A stretch of DNA of 53,205 nt, from IMG/VR virus record IMGVR_UViG_3300025391_000020, positions 1 through 53,205 of that record; one strand, 5' to 3'. The position numbers and the translations under genes are program-made. Position 1 is the first letter of the stretch; each line of letters opens with the position of its first letter. Below, one piece after another: positions 1 through 9,186 of this stretch. The notes below the pieces were generated by a model. The model saw only the letters and a list, made by a program, of their open reading frames with translations. It was not told the origin of the DNA and did no database searches. Source of the stretch: a virus. Taxonomy: Duplodnaviria > Caudoviricetes.

Positions 1-1
1 A

Positions 2-502
2 GCCGAGGAAATGGACGAAGCAATGGTTAAGGCTTGGAACGAACGGGTAAAGCCCACTGACAAAATCTACCACTTGGGAGATGTTGTCATCAATCGTCGA
101 GCGTTAAGTATTATGTCGAGATTAAACGGCGACAAAGTTTTGATTCGTGGTAATCACGATATCTTTAAGGACGAGGACTATCGTCAATACTTTAGAGAAT
201 TACGGGCCTACCATGTGATGAATGGACTTATTTTAAGTCATATTCCTGTTCATGAAGCAAGCCTTGGTAGGTTTGGCTGCTCAATACATGGGCATTTGCA
301 TGCCAATCGTGTTATGAAGGCGAGAGGTGTTGATGCTCGAACTGGTGAAATCTTATACAGCGATGAGATTGATCCTCGTTATTATAATGTATCAGTTGAA
401 CAAACTGACTTTGCACCTATCCTTTTTGAGGATGTTTTGAAAAAAATCAAAGAGCAAGGAGGACAGGTAGGATTTAGGAACGGTAACGGACCTACAATGT
501 AA
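2..502 (+). CDS. calcineurin-like metallophosphoesterase (5' truncated by window)
   Basis: HLGD, RGNHD, LSHIP and IHGHLH metallophosphoesterase motifs; frame is open from window start. Confidence 0.85.
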   Translation, partial: AEEMDEAMVKAWNERVKPTDKIYHLGDVVINRRALSIMSRLNGDKVLIRGNHDIFKDEDYRQYFRELRAYHVMNGLILSHIPVHEASLGRFGCSIHGHLHANRVMKARGVDARTGEILYSDEIDPRYYNVSVEQTDFAPILFEDVLKKIKEQGGQVGFRNGNGPTM

Positions 503-529
503 AATAGGACCTACGGGTCCTATTTTTTT
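501..529 (+). terminator. Rho-independent terminator
   Basis: AAAATAGGACC-TACG-GGTCCTATTTT perfect stem, UACG tetraloop, T-run. Confidence 0.9.
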
Positions 530-543
530 GACTAATTATTATT

Positions 544-1566
544 ATGACTACATTACATATTTTATCTAACCCTTATGGTCCGGTTAACCTTAATAACAGA
601 TCAGATCCTTTTAGTGTTGCCGCAGTTAAATTTATAAAATACATGACCTCATACGGTTGGGACTGTGTGCATTACAGTGTAGTAGGTGCAGATGTACCTT
701 GCGAAACTATCCAATGTTTAGATGTAATAACCGATGATAAAGACTTAAATGTATCAAGCTATAATCTAACAGCTGGACAAGCAATTCATAGAAGAAAATC
801 TTCCGGCGATATGATAGTATGTTTTCATGGCATAGAAAATCGAGGTGCATGTGATCTTAATCCTGATCTAAGAGCAGTCGAGCCAAGCATAGGGTATGAT
901 TCTACTGCTGTATTTGCTCCATATCGAGCGTTTGTTAGTTATGCACAGATGCATATGTACTACGGAACTCGAGGTATGTTAATGACGCCTAGTTGGTTTG
1001 ATACAGTAATTTATAATGCCATCGACAGTACAGAATTTGATTTTAATCAAAACAAAGATGATTACTTTCTTTGTTTCGGTAGAATTATTTCAACCAAAGG
1101 AATAGATCTAGCCATACAGGCCACAGAAGCTACAGGATCTCGATTGATTATTGCAGGATCAGGATCCTTAAAGGACCTAGGATATACCACTACTCCCAAA
1201 CACGTAGAAGTGTTAGGTATACAAAATGCGGAACAGAGGCGTCAACTAATGAGTCGAGCCCGAGCTATTATGGGATTAACCTATTATGTTGAACCATTTG
1301 GCAATATGGTTGTGGAAGGCCTAATGAGTGGCACTCCGGCAATTACAACAGATTGGGGCGGGTTTACTGAAACTGTACAAGAAGGTATAACAGGATTTCG
1401 TTGTAGAGAATTCCAAGATGTAGTCCGTGCCATAGAAAATATTGATAACATCGATCCGCTGAGTTGCAGAAGTTGGGCATTTTCCAATTGTGACGATACC
1501 ATAGTTCATCCACAATTCGATCGATGGTTTCGAAAGTTAGAAGCACATGATTTTTATAGAAAATGA
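544..1566 (+). CDS. GT4 family glycosyltransferase
   Basis: FGRIISTKG and EPFGNMVVEGLMSGTPAI (E-x7-E) GT-B motifs. Confidence 0.9.
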   Translation: MTTLHILSNPYGPVNLNNRSDPFSVAAVKFIKYMTSYGWDCVHYSVVGADVPCETIQCLDVITDDKDLNVSSYNLTAGQAIHRRKSSGDMIVCFHGIENRGACDLNPDLRAVEPSIGYDSTAVFAPYRAFVSYAQMHMYYGTRGMLMTPSWFDTVIYNAIDSTEFDFNQNKDDYFLCFGRIISTKGIDLAIQATEATGSRLIIAGSGSLKDLGYTTTPKHVEVLGIQNAEQRRQLMSRARAIMGLTYYVEPFGNMVVEGLMSGTPAITTDWGGFTETVQEGITGFRCREFQDVVRAIENIDNIDPLSCRSWAFSNCDDTIVHPQFDRWFRKLEAHDFYRK

Positions 1567-1624
1567 GTTAAGTGCGTAGTTAATTGGACAAATACACCGT
1601 AAAAGTTGAGTTAATCAAACTGTA

Positions 1625-1652
1625 ATGTACAATATTATAAATATTTGTACAT
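1625..1652 (+). promoter_or_regulatory. T4-type late promoter TATAAATA inside an inverted repeat
   Basis: TATAAATA 1636-1643 flanked by ATGTACAA/TTGTACAT. Confidence 0.6.
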
Positions 1653-1663
1653 AAAGGGTTTAT

Positions 1664-2380
1664 ATGTTTGATTGGTCTAATTTAGAGCGAAACAGTATAA
1701 TCAATATGTTGATGGAAATGTCTTCATCAATCTGCAATAAACCTATCTCCCCAACTACTTTCCATGATACTTTAACTCGTTATATTAGAAAACTGTGGCC
1801 GGTGATTACCGTACAAGAATGGGATCCAAAAGTCAAAACTCATATAGTATTTGTTGGTGGAGTGTATTACAGCGACAAAGACGAAGACAATAAAAAATGT
1901 ATCGAATTAACATTTGTCTATAATCCAAACGTAAAAAAAATCAAAGTGGGTTTGAGAAAATTCCGCACTATTTGTGGGGTTATTGCTGATACTTTATTGC
2001 ATGAGATCATACATATGCGTCAATATCGCCGTAGAGATTTTAAACAGTTGCCAGAGTATGCAAGTTCGGCATCGAGTAGCAAGCTCAGAGAAGAACAAAG
2101 TTATCTAGGGTGTACCGATGAAATTGATGCCTATGGATTTAATATAGCCTGTGAGCTATTGGAAAAATTTAGAGGTGATTGGAATCAATCGATTAAATTC
2201 ATGGGACGAGATCTTAAGGGCAGTCAAATTCGCGGCGGTTGTTGGAAAATGTATCTCAAAGCGTTTAAACATGATCACAACCATGAAATAATAAGAAAAT
2301 TAAAAAAGAAAGTTATTAGATATTTGCCAAGAGCAGAAGATGGCAAACCTTTCAAAAGTCGTGACTGGATCTGTCATTGA
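1664..2380 (+). CDS. hypothetical protein with HExxH zincin-like motif
   Basis: LLHEIIHMRQ followed by EIDAY. Confidence 0.6.
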   Translation: MFDWSNLERNSIINMLMEMSSSICNKPISPTTFHDTLTRYIRKLWPVITVQEWDPKVKTHIVFVGGVYYSDKDEDNKKCIELTFVYNPNVKKIKVGLRKFRTICGVIADTLLHEIIHMRQYRRRDFKQLPEYASSASSSKLREEQSYLGCTDEIDAYGFNIACELLEKFRGDWNQSIKFMGRDLKGSQIRGGCWKMYLKAFKHDHNHEIIRKLKKKVIRYLPRAEDGKPFKSRDWICH

Positions 2381-2410
2381 CCTTTAAATAACACTATGTT
2401 ATCATAGTGT
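2377..2410 (+). promoter_or_regulatory. sigma70-type promoter with palindrome over -10
   Basis: TTGACC-17nt-TATCAT; ACACTATG/CATAGTGT inverted repeat 2391-2410. Confidence 0.6.
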
Positions 2411-2412
2411 AT

Positions 2413-3273
2413 ATGAAATTACCTATGCCCGGTACCTTAGGTGGTGCCAAAATAATCTTTAGTCAATCTATGAAATTAAATCTTCCTAAAATTGGAATCG
2501 TCGGTCTAGGATTCGTCGGCGGTGCTATAAAAGAATCTATGACATTTTCTGATCATGAACTTGTAATTGTAGATCCTGCCAAAGGCTACACAAACACCTA
2601 CCAAGACCTAGCCGACTGCGATGGAGTATTTGTCTGTGTTCCAAGTCCACAAGGAGATGATGGAAGTTGTGATACAAGTATCCTCGAAAGTGTATTACAG
2701 AATTTACAGTCTATAGGTTATACTGGAGTTATTATCAGTAAGTGTACTGCACCTCCCGATGTCTATGAGCAGTTAAATGATCAATATCCTAATCTTATTC
2801 ATGCACCAGAATTCTTAACTGCCGCAAAAGCAAATTCAGATTACGCTAATGGTACCTTTGCCATTATAGGTGGCAAGGTTCGTGCCTATGTTTATGAAGC
2901 AGAACGCATCATTCGGCTAGGCCAACAGAATTTAGGGAACAATGTAAAATATTGTAGTATAGGTGAAGCCGCATTGTCCAAATATACCATCAATTGTTTT
3001 ATGAGTACCAAGGTTATTTTTATGAACGAAATATATAATCTTGCAATAAAGATGGGATTTGACTACGATACCATTGCCGATATGGTAAAAATGGATAAAA
3101 GATTTGGCACAAGTCACATGCTAGTTCCAGGACCAGATGGATCATTTGGTTTTGGTGGAGCGTGTTTTCCTAAAGACACTTCAGCATTACTAAAGATTGC
3201 AGAACAACAAAGTATTGATATGTCGGTATTAAATGCCGCGGTAAGAAAAAACACACTATTAAGGTTGACCTAA
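2413..3273 (+). CDS. ugd: UDP-glucose/GDP-mannose 6-dehydrogenase (lacks C-terminal domain); start could be 2470
   Basis: GIVGLGFVG Rossmann motif, CVPSP, PEFL, GFGGACFPKD catalytic motif. Confidence 0.85.
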   Translation: MKLPMPGTLGGAKIIFSQSMKLNLPKIGIVGLGFVGGAIKESMTFSDHELVIVDPAKGYTNTYQDLADCDGVFVCVPSPQGDDGSCDTSILESVLQNLQSIGYTGVIISKCTAPPDVYEQLNDQYPNLIHAPEFLTAAKANSDYANGTFAIIGGKVRAYVYEAERIIRLGQQNLGNNVKYCSIGEAALSKYTINCFMSTKVIFMNEIYNLAIKMGFDYDTIADMVKMDKRFGTSHMLVPGPDGSFGFGGACFPKDTSALLKIAEQQSIDMSVLNAAVRKNTLLRLT

Positions 3274-3326
3274 CCTAAATAAATGTGTATTATAAACAAA
3301 TGACATCCACGTCATAAACTCGGAGA
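3265..3326 (+). promoter_or_regulatory. sigma70 promoter plus structured 5' leader of folE
   Basis: TTGACC-17nt-TATTAT; hairpin ATGAC-ATCCAC-GTCAT, then AAACTC and SD GGAG. Confidence 0.6.
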
Positions 3327-3334
3327 ATAAAAAA

Positions 3335-4156
3335 TTGAAAACAACTGAAAAATTTATTGAAGATGAAAAAGCTGAACCTGCGGAATTTGTCAAGGACGAA
3401 TATGTTCCTATTACAAAAACTGTTTACCTAAAAGCTGGTGCTGATATGTCAGACAAAGGCTATGAAGAATCAAGTCTAGCAAACGTAATTCGTTTTAAAA
3501 TGAAGCGTGATGGTAAAAGATTCTGGGCTAACGATAATGTTAGCGAATATCTAAGCGAAAATAATAAAGAAGAATTGATTAATAATGCAACAGAAGCATT
3601 TGAAAAAGTATTAGATGCACTATTGATTGATAGAGAAACTGATCCTAGTAGTAAAGGTACTGCTCGTAGATTAGCAAAAATGTACATTAATGAGGTAATG
3701 AGTGGAAGATATGACCCAGCCCCAGACGCAACAGCGTTTCCAAATGACTCGGAGGACCGCTACGAAGGTATGTTGGTTGTTCGCAGTGAGCTTCGCAGTA
3801 TGTGTAGCCATCATCACCAACCCGTATCTGGTGTTGCTTATATTGGTATTATTGCCGCACAGAAACTCATCGGACTCTCAAAGTATTCCAGAATTGCCCA
3901 ATGGTGTGCCAGACGAGGTACTCTCCAGGAGGAACTTTGTAATGACATTGCTAAAGAAATAGGCAAGGCCACAGGGGCAACAGATCTAGGAGTTTATATT
4001 CAAATGACTCACGGATGTTGTGAGAATAGGGGAATTATGGCACACTCTAGTCTAACGCAAACTACCGTACTTAAAGGAGCCTTCAATACAGATGGCAATA
4101 CGAAGAAAGAGTTTTTTGATAATATTAAATTGCAACAAGAGTTTGCACCAAGGTAA
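3335..4156 (+). CDS. folE: GTP cyclohydrolase I (TTG start)
   Basis: SMCSHHHQP, GLSKYSRI, LQEEL, HGCCENRG motifs. Confidence 0.95.
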   Translation: MKTTEKFIEDEKAEPAEFVKDEYVPITKTVYLKAGADMSDKGYEESSLANVIRFKMKRDGKRFWANDNVSEYLSENNKEELINNATEAFEKVLDALLIDRETDPSSKGTARRLAKMYINEVMSGRYDPAPDATAFPNDSEDRYEGMLVVRSELRSMCSHHHQPVSGVAYIGIIAAQKLIGLSKYSRIAQWCARRGTLQEELCNDIAKEIGKATGATDLGVYIQMTHGCCENRGIMAHSSLTQTTVLKGAFNTDGNTKKEFFDNIKLQQEFAPR

Positions 4157-4179
4157 AGAAGAATTGAGCATATTGACCA

Positions 4180-4208
4180 TTGACTTGAATCAAGTGTTCT
4201 GCTATAAT
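4180..4208 (+). promoter_or_regulatory. sigma70-type promoter
   Basis: TTGACT-17nt-TATAAT with TG extension. Confidence 0.75.
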
Positions 4209-4227
4209 AAAACATCTAAGGATAAAA

Positions 4228-4953
4228 ATGAAAAACAAAGGTAAACTTAATATTCCAAATCGCCAGGCTGTAGCAGCCGCTACTCAACGAGCAGCCACTA
4301 CTCCTTCCCAACCACAAGCAGGAGGCAAACGCCCTAGCATTATGATTGCTGTCCCAGCAATGGAAATGGTCAATGCAGAATTTGCACAGCATTTGGCCAT
4401 GGCTGCCGCTAACATGGTAGCCAATGGTATCAAGATCAATTGTGCATTCAATATCGGATCAGTGATCACTATTGCAAGACGTAATTTAGTTGACATTTTC
4501 CTTAAGAGTGACTTTGATTACATCTTCTGGGTCGACAGTGATATGAAATTTCCTATTGATGCTCCAGTAAGATTGTTGGCTCGCAATAAAGATATTGTCG
4601 GTGCTAATTATCGTAGACGCCGTTTTCCAAATCCTAACTTTACTGGTATGAGTGGTAAGCCAGGAACATTTGTAGAATTCCATACCACAGATAATTCACC
4701 AGCAATGGAATTGATTGATGTCCTACCACATGGCCTGGTCTTGTGCAAACGTGAAGTATATGAAAAAATTCCACACCCTCACTATCTTCAAGAGTATGTT
4801 CCGGAACTCAATCTCGAAATTGGTGAAGATATTTTCTTCTGTCAGCAAGCTCAAAAAGCTGGATATGAGATTTGGTGTGATCAAGAACTGAGCAGAGAAG
4901 TAGCGCATATTGGAATTTTCCACTTTAACTACAATCTATCAGTGCCAAAATAA
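4228..4953 (+). CDS. GT-A fold (GT2-like) glycosyltransferase
   Basis: ARRNLV, FWVDSD (DxD), GEDIFFC, AHIG motifs. Confidence 0.8.
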   Translation: MKNKGKLNIPNRQAVAAATQRAATTPSQPQAGGKRPSIMIAVPAMEMVNAEFAQHLAMAAANMVANGIKINCAFNIGSVITIARRNLVDIFLKSDFDYIFWVDSDMKFPIDAPVRLLARNKDIVGANYRRRRFPNPNFTGMSGKPGTFVEFHTTDNSPAMELIDVLPHGLVLCKREVYEKIPHPHYLQEYVPELNLEIGEDIFFCQQAQKAGYEIWCDQELSREVAHIGIFHFNYNLSVPK

Positions 4954-4969
4954 CCCTGAAAGGTTCCCC

Positions 4970-5137
4970 ATGTTGTTTGAAAGCATAGAAATTCGTAAAG
5001 TACGTAATGGTGTTATAGTAACCCTGCGTACCGACGAAGATGAAGACCAAGAGTATGTTTATGACTCTGATCGTAAAGCAATTAAGTTTGTCAAAGACTT
5101 ATTGGAAACCCAAACTAAAGAGCAAGCTCAGGCTTGA
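4970..5137 (+). CDS. hypothetical protein
   Basis: ATG with AAGG SD; collinear in operon. Confidence 0.65.
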   Translation: MLFESIEIRKVRNGVIVTLRTDEDEDQEYVYDSDRKAIKFVKDLLETQTKEQAQA

Positions 5138-5145
5138 TATAAATT

Positions 5146-5619
5146 ATGAAAGTTAAAAAAGAATACAACATTGGGGATGCCGTTTGGGTATACGGAATTG
5201 CAAGATTAAATAATAAATTAATTCGCGGTGAAGTTATACATAGTTTTACTCTAGAACATGCTGGATATAACGATGAACCTCACTATGTTATTGCTATTCC
5301 AAACGAAATTGAACCTCTATTAGAGATACGCACATGGCACAATATCAGTCAAGATAGTAGAGGGCCAGTTGGTTCATTTAGAAATGAGATCTCAAAAGAG
5401 AACATGGATGCCGTAGATAAAAAATTAAGTCAACTAGGCCTGAATCTTGATGACGATAATCACTATGACGATGAACCAGATCCTACTCCAGAACAAATTC
5501 ATGCCGCACTGGAAAATAGTAAAAAAGCAGGCGTACATGGTCCGTTGATCATCAAGGAAAATAAACCTACCAGGCGTAGAAACTTTTCCAGAAAGAAAAA
5601 ACGTGAGCCACAATCCTGA
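5146..5619 (+). CDS. hypothetical protein
   Basis: ORF in operon; SH3-like N-terminus, basic tail. Confidence 0.7.
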   Translation: MKVKKEYNIGDAVWVYGIARLNNKLIRGEVIHSFTLEHAGYNDEPHYVIAIPNEIEPLLEIRTWHNISQDSRGPVGSFRNEISKENMDAVDKKLSQLGLNLDDDNHYDDEPDPTPEQIHAALENSKKAGVHGPLIIKENKPTRRRNFSRKKKREPQS

Positions 5620-5947
5620 ATTTAATATTTGGCGTTCAGCAATAGAAACAATACATCCCGACATTGATCAACTAACTGGAATTATGGCAGCTGGTTCAAA
5701 AGTCATGCCAGAATTAACTCGCAAGGGACGAGGTTGGCAAATACAATTGGTAGAAGTTTGGAACGTAGATAATAATCCTCCTATGATCTTTAGGAGCTCC
5801 CAATTAGATACACATGTAATTTGGGCCACTGAGCAATTAGAATCCTGGCCTAAAGTTAAAAGAATGGCTTGGGACATGTGGCAATTTTCCTCCAAACGAG
5901 ATGCTGAAAAGTTTATTACGTTGTATAATATAGTATGGCCGCAGTAA
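5603..5947 (+). CDS. hypothetical protein
   Basis: overlapping operon ORF. Confidence 0.65.
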   Translation: MSHNPEFNIWRSAIETIHPDIDQLTGIMAAGSKVMPELTRKGRGWQIQLVEVWNVDNNPPMIFRSSQLDTHVIWATEQLESWPKVKRMAWDMWQFSSKRDAEKFITLYNIVWPQ

Positions 5948-6243
5948 GATATACAGTTGAAGATGATTCCGTGAAAACAATTCACAAAGTTGTTGTGCAT
6001 AGGATTAGAATGGGTGATGTAGAAGATCCAGATCTGTATGTAGCGGAACCAATATGGCAGTGGCAAAATAGTGATCAAGGTAAGTTTGTTATGGAAAATG
6101 CGGTTAGCCAACCCGAATGGCATCGCTATAATTCCATGTTTGACTTTGGTTTGACCTACGTGATAATGGCAGAATTAGACAGTAAAAAACTTGCAGAATT
6201 TTATTTAAGATGGGGTAATCCAAATGGAAGTGACACGACATAG
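5935..6243 (+). CDS. hypothetical protein
   Basis: overlapping operon ORF. Confidence 0.7.
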   Translation: MAAVRYTVEDDSVKTIHKVVVHRIRMGDVEDPDLYVAEPIWQWQNSDQGKFVMENAVSQPEWHRYNSMFDFGLTYVIMAELDSKKLAEFYLRWGNPNGSDTT

Positions 6244-6457
6244 CGATAAGTGTATAGTAAAACAAGAAAAGACTTCTAAGACCGTAGAAGCCGAAGTATT
6301 TGATTTTAATGAAGGTCGTAGCCTTACAGTGGTATTAAATAAAAGTGTTAAACTTCCCATGATATGGAATGGCAAAATGTACGAAGGCAAAATGGCCGGT
6401 ATTGATTTTATCAGCGACGGACCTACCATAAGTAAAACAAAAACAGGAAGAGGATAA
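6224..6457 (+). CDS. hypothetical protein
   Basis: overlapping operon ORF. Confidence 0.7.
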   Translation: MEVTRHSDKCIVKQEKTSKTVEAEVFDFNEGRSLTVVLNKSVKLPMIWNGKMYEGKMAGIDFISDGPTISKTKTGRG

Positions 6458-6458
6458 T

Positions 6459-6638
6459 ATGGAATTTAAAATTGGTGACAAAGTAGAAAAGACTAGTGGC
6501 TACAAATGGCCGGGTATTGTTGTAGCAGTATTTGACACCTTATCAGGTGAGCGTAGACTTGTTGTAGAATGTACAGTACCAGAAATTGCAGGTGCACTAC
6601 ATATCTACAACGAGAAACAATTAACATTGGTAGACTAA
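6459..6638 (+). CDS. R67/DfrB-like (type II DHFR fold, SH3-like) protein, 59 aa, absent from ORF track
   Basis: MEFKIGDKVEKTSGYKWPGIVVAVF...VVE...GALHIYNEKQL resembles R67 core [18 protein letters not shown]...VE...GSVQIYP; SD GAGGA. Confidence 0.65.
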   Translation: MEFKIGDKVEKTSGYKWPGIVVAVFDTLSGERRLVVECTVPEIAGALHIYNEKQLTLVD

Positions 6639-6639
6639 T

Positions 6640-7002
6640 ATGAATGTGTTTAGAGATATGGAAAAATTTATGCGGGCTTGTGACCAAAGCGTCGACGGCG
6701 ATGAAAAACAATATGCTATGTATATCAAACTCATCAACGAAGAGCATCAAGAGTTGCTCGAAGCTACATTGGCTGAGGATTCTGTTGAACAGTTAGATGC
6801 CCTAATTGATATACTAGTTGTTACTATTGGTGCTATCCATTCAGCAGGTTACGATGCAGAAGGTGCTTGGAAAGAAGTTATGCAGACTAACTTTGCTAAG
6901 ATTGATAAGGAAACTGGCAAGGTTCGCAAGCGTGAAGATGGGAAAGTTTTAAAACCGTTGGGGTGGGTACCACCCAATCTAACACCGTTTATTGGAAAAT
7001 AA
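6640..7002 (+). CDS. MazG-like / all-alpha NTP pyrophosphohydrolase
   Basis: EEHQEL, LDALIDILVV, NFAK, REDGKVLKP motifs. Confidence 0.85.
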   Translation: MNVFRDMEKFMRACDQSVDGDEKQYAMYIKLINEEHQELLEATLAEDSVEQLDALIDILVVTIGAIHSAGYDAEGAWKEVMQTNFAKIDKETGKVRKREDGKVLKPLGWVPPNLTPFIGK

Positions 7003-7003
7003 A

Positions 7004-7831
7004 ATGAGATCAACATACTGGAGTTGTACAAAATTTGCAGACTGGCTGAGAGGCACAGAAAAACTCAGTGCGGCTACTAGTGAAGAATGGAATGAATGGC
7101 ATACCTCAGCTAAGATGCGTCACAGTTTCCGTTATTGGTTAGCTGAAGAAGCATTGGATGCTATTCAAGGTTTTTTATATTACCCTGTGGATTGTCTAAA
7201 TGACATTAGATATTATATTAATAATCGTTGGATATCTCGCTCTCACAGTCTCACTGCTCACCCTAAGGACATTAAACCAGGATCTTGGGCTGATGTTGGC
7301 AATCGTTTCCTTCCTTGCCTTTTTAATGAGTTGGTGGATTTTGTAGAAGTAGAAACAGCATGGCATCATGTAATGTGGGATAGTGAAGCTCGTAAAAAAT
7401 ATGCAGTGCCATGGTGGCGTAGTGGATGGTTACGATTAAGAACTTGGCGGTGTCGTGAAGCTGGTCTTGCACATCTAGACTGGGCTAGTACACTTACAAA
7501 CAAAGATTTTATTGAAGAAGGTGAGATAGAAGAGCCTACTCATCAAGCCAAGGCTGCCAAAGAGATCATAGCATTGTATTACTGGTGGACAGAGATTTAT
7601 CCTAATCGTCCAGATCCATATGATGCCAGCGGTTGGACTGCTTATTGCGAACTTAATCGACTACAAAATGGTGGCAAGTTAAGTTGGGATGGTACTAAGG
7701 ATAGTAAAGCTCTTCGTAAAGCCAGCGACCTAGCCCATAAAGAACTTCGTAAAATTGAAGCGGCACATGCTAAAGAAGAAGAACAAATGATGATTCGTTT
7801 AATTAAAATTCGTGAGTCACTGTGGACATGA
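7004..7831 (+). CDS. hypothetical protein (Trp-rich)
   Basis: long ORF in operon. Confidence 0.75.
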   Translation: MRSTYWSCTKFADWLRGTEKLSAATSEEWNEWHTSAKMRHSFRYWLAEEALDAIQGFLYYPVDCLNDIRYYINNRWISRSHSLTAHPKDIKPGSWADVGNRFLPCLFNELVDFVEVETAWHHVMWDSEARKKYAVPWWRSGWLRLRTWRCREAGLAHLDWASTLTNKDFIEEGEIEEPTHQAKAAKEIIALYYWWTEIYPNRPDPYDASGWTAYCELNRLQNGGKLSWDGTKDSKALRKASDLAHKELRKIEAAHAKEEEQMMIRLIKIRESLWT

Positions 7832-8013
7832 CCAATACTCCTAAAATTAAAGTTACATTTGCTCCTGGATGCTTTGAAGATTTTGAAGGCACTCAAGAAG
7901 AACTTGACGAGCTTGTAGAAAGCATCAAAGAGATGTTCAGTGACCCTGAAAAAGTTCTATCTATGTCCACAGATGTCGTCTTAGAAAAAAAGGATAGAGG
8001 TTATTTGCAATGA
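7828..8013 (+). CDS. hypothetical protein
   Basis: ATGA overlaps at both ends. Confidence 0.65.
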   Translation: MTNTPKIKVTFAPGCFEDFEGTQEELDELVESIKEMFSDPEKVLSMSTDVVLEKKDRGYLQ

Positions 8014-8576
8014 CAGATGATTCTAAAAAAGTTTCTTCAAGCCCCGATCGTTATACCTTTCAAAAAGAAGGGTACGTAAAACGCTGTGAGAAAGACGGCA
8101 AGTTGCCCAATCCAGCGTACATCAAGATGTATGAGACTTGGCGTGAACAAGAAGCAGAAGAAATTGTAGATCCAGAATGGCAAAAAGACAATATGGAATA
8201 CGATCTCCGTAGCACTAAATGGATCTGCGACAAAGTCAAGGCCAATGAGAACTATGCTCAAAACTTGTATGCGGCCATGTGTAATATGCAGTTTCAAAAA
8301 TTGGATGTCGTGCCTATACTAAAGGACCAGCGTTGGTCGTGCTCTTGGCGTAGTGCTGGTGGTATTGTTGCCAATATGCGTGAAAAGGGTGATTACATTG
8401 ATTGGTACTGTTCGGGTATTGGTGGTCAAGATACCGGATATGGTTTAGACGGAACTGTCCCAAAAAAGGAAGAAGACGGGCGTACTTATGTACCAGAAGG
8501 TGCAGTCACAGAAGAGATCCGTGAAGACCTTAAAGCACTAGGTTGGGTTCCCATAGAATGGAAAGATGATAGATGA
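8010..8576 (+). CDS. hypothetical protein
   Basis: ATGA-coupled ORF. Confidence 0.75.
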   Translation: MTDDSKKVSSSPDRYTFQKEGYVKRCEKDGKLPNPAYIKMYETWREQEAEEIVDPEWQKDNMEYDLRSTKWICDKVKANENYAQNLYAAMCNMQFQKLDVVPILKDQRWSCSWRSAGGIVANMREKGDYIDWYCSGIGGQDTGYGLDGTVPKKEEDGRTYVPEGAVTEEIREDLKALGWVPIEWKDDR

Positions 8577-9130
8577 AGATTGCACTCAGCAAGCGTACTA
8601 TTTCTAAAAACGGTGGCATCTATGATGCTATTGAAACCGCTTGGTACGAGTATCTCAAAGGACATGAACTTGTGTTTGTTCCAAATAGATTGGACCAAGA
8701 CTTTGATGCACTTGCTGATTCTGTCGATGGATATATCATTACAGGTGGCGACAACAGGCTTATAAGGCGTAAGACTGAACGCCGAATGACCATTGCTATG
8801 ATGAAACGGAATAAACCAATTGTAGGTGTTTGCCATGGCTGTTTTCTGCTAACCAAATTCTTAGGCGGAACTTTGGGCCGTAAAGAAGGGCACAGAGACA
8901 ACGAACACAAAGTCCAATATCACGGGCACGACTATCCAGTCAACAGTTATCATCGTTTTCATATTGAAACACTGCCCAAAAGTGCCCAAATACTAGCCAC
9001 TGACGAAGACGGGCATTGCGAAGCGTGGCTAGATCACAACATAGCCGGAGTAGTCTGGCATCCAGAACGGTTAGAATCTGGATGGGTTCCCACAGAATTA
9101 ATGAGATTTTTTGGTAAAACCGACTGTTGA
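8573..9130 (+). CDS. class I glutamine amidotransferase / peptidase C26-like protein
   Basis: ITGG, GVCHG nucleophile, VNSYH, WHPE triad motif. Confidence 0.85.
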   Translation: MKIALSKRTISKNGGIYDAIETAWYEYLKGHELVFVPNRLDQDFDALADSVDGYIITGGDNRLIRRKTERRMTIAMMKRNKPIVGVCHGCFLLTKFLGGTLGRKEGHRDNEHKVQYHGHDYPVNSYHRFHIETLPKSAQILATDEDGHCEAWLDHNIAGVVWHPERLESGWVPTELMRFFGKTDC

Positions 9131-9155
9131 CAGGGTGGTCAAATCTCTGTATAAT
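9127..9155 (+). promoter_or_regulatory. consensus sigma70 early promoter
   Basis: TTGACA-17nt-TATAAT. Confidence 0.85.
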
Positions 9156-9186
9156 ATAACTATTGTACAACACAATAGGAGCAAAA

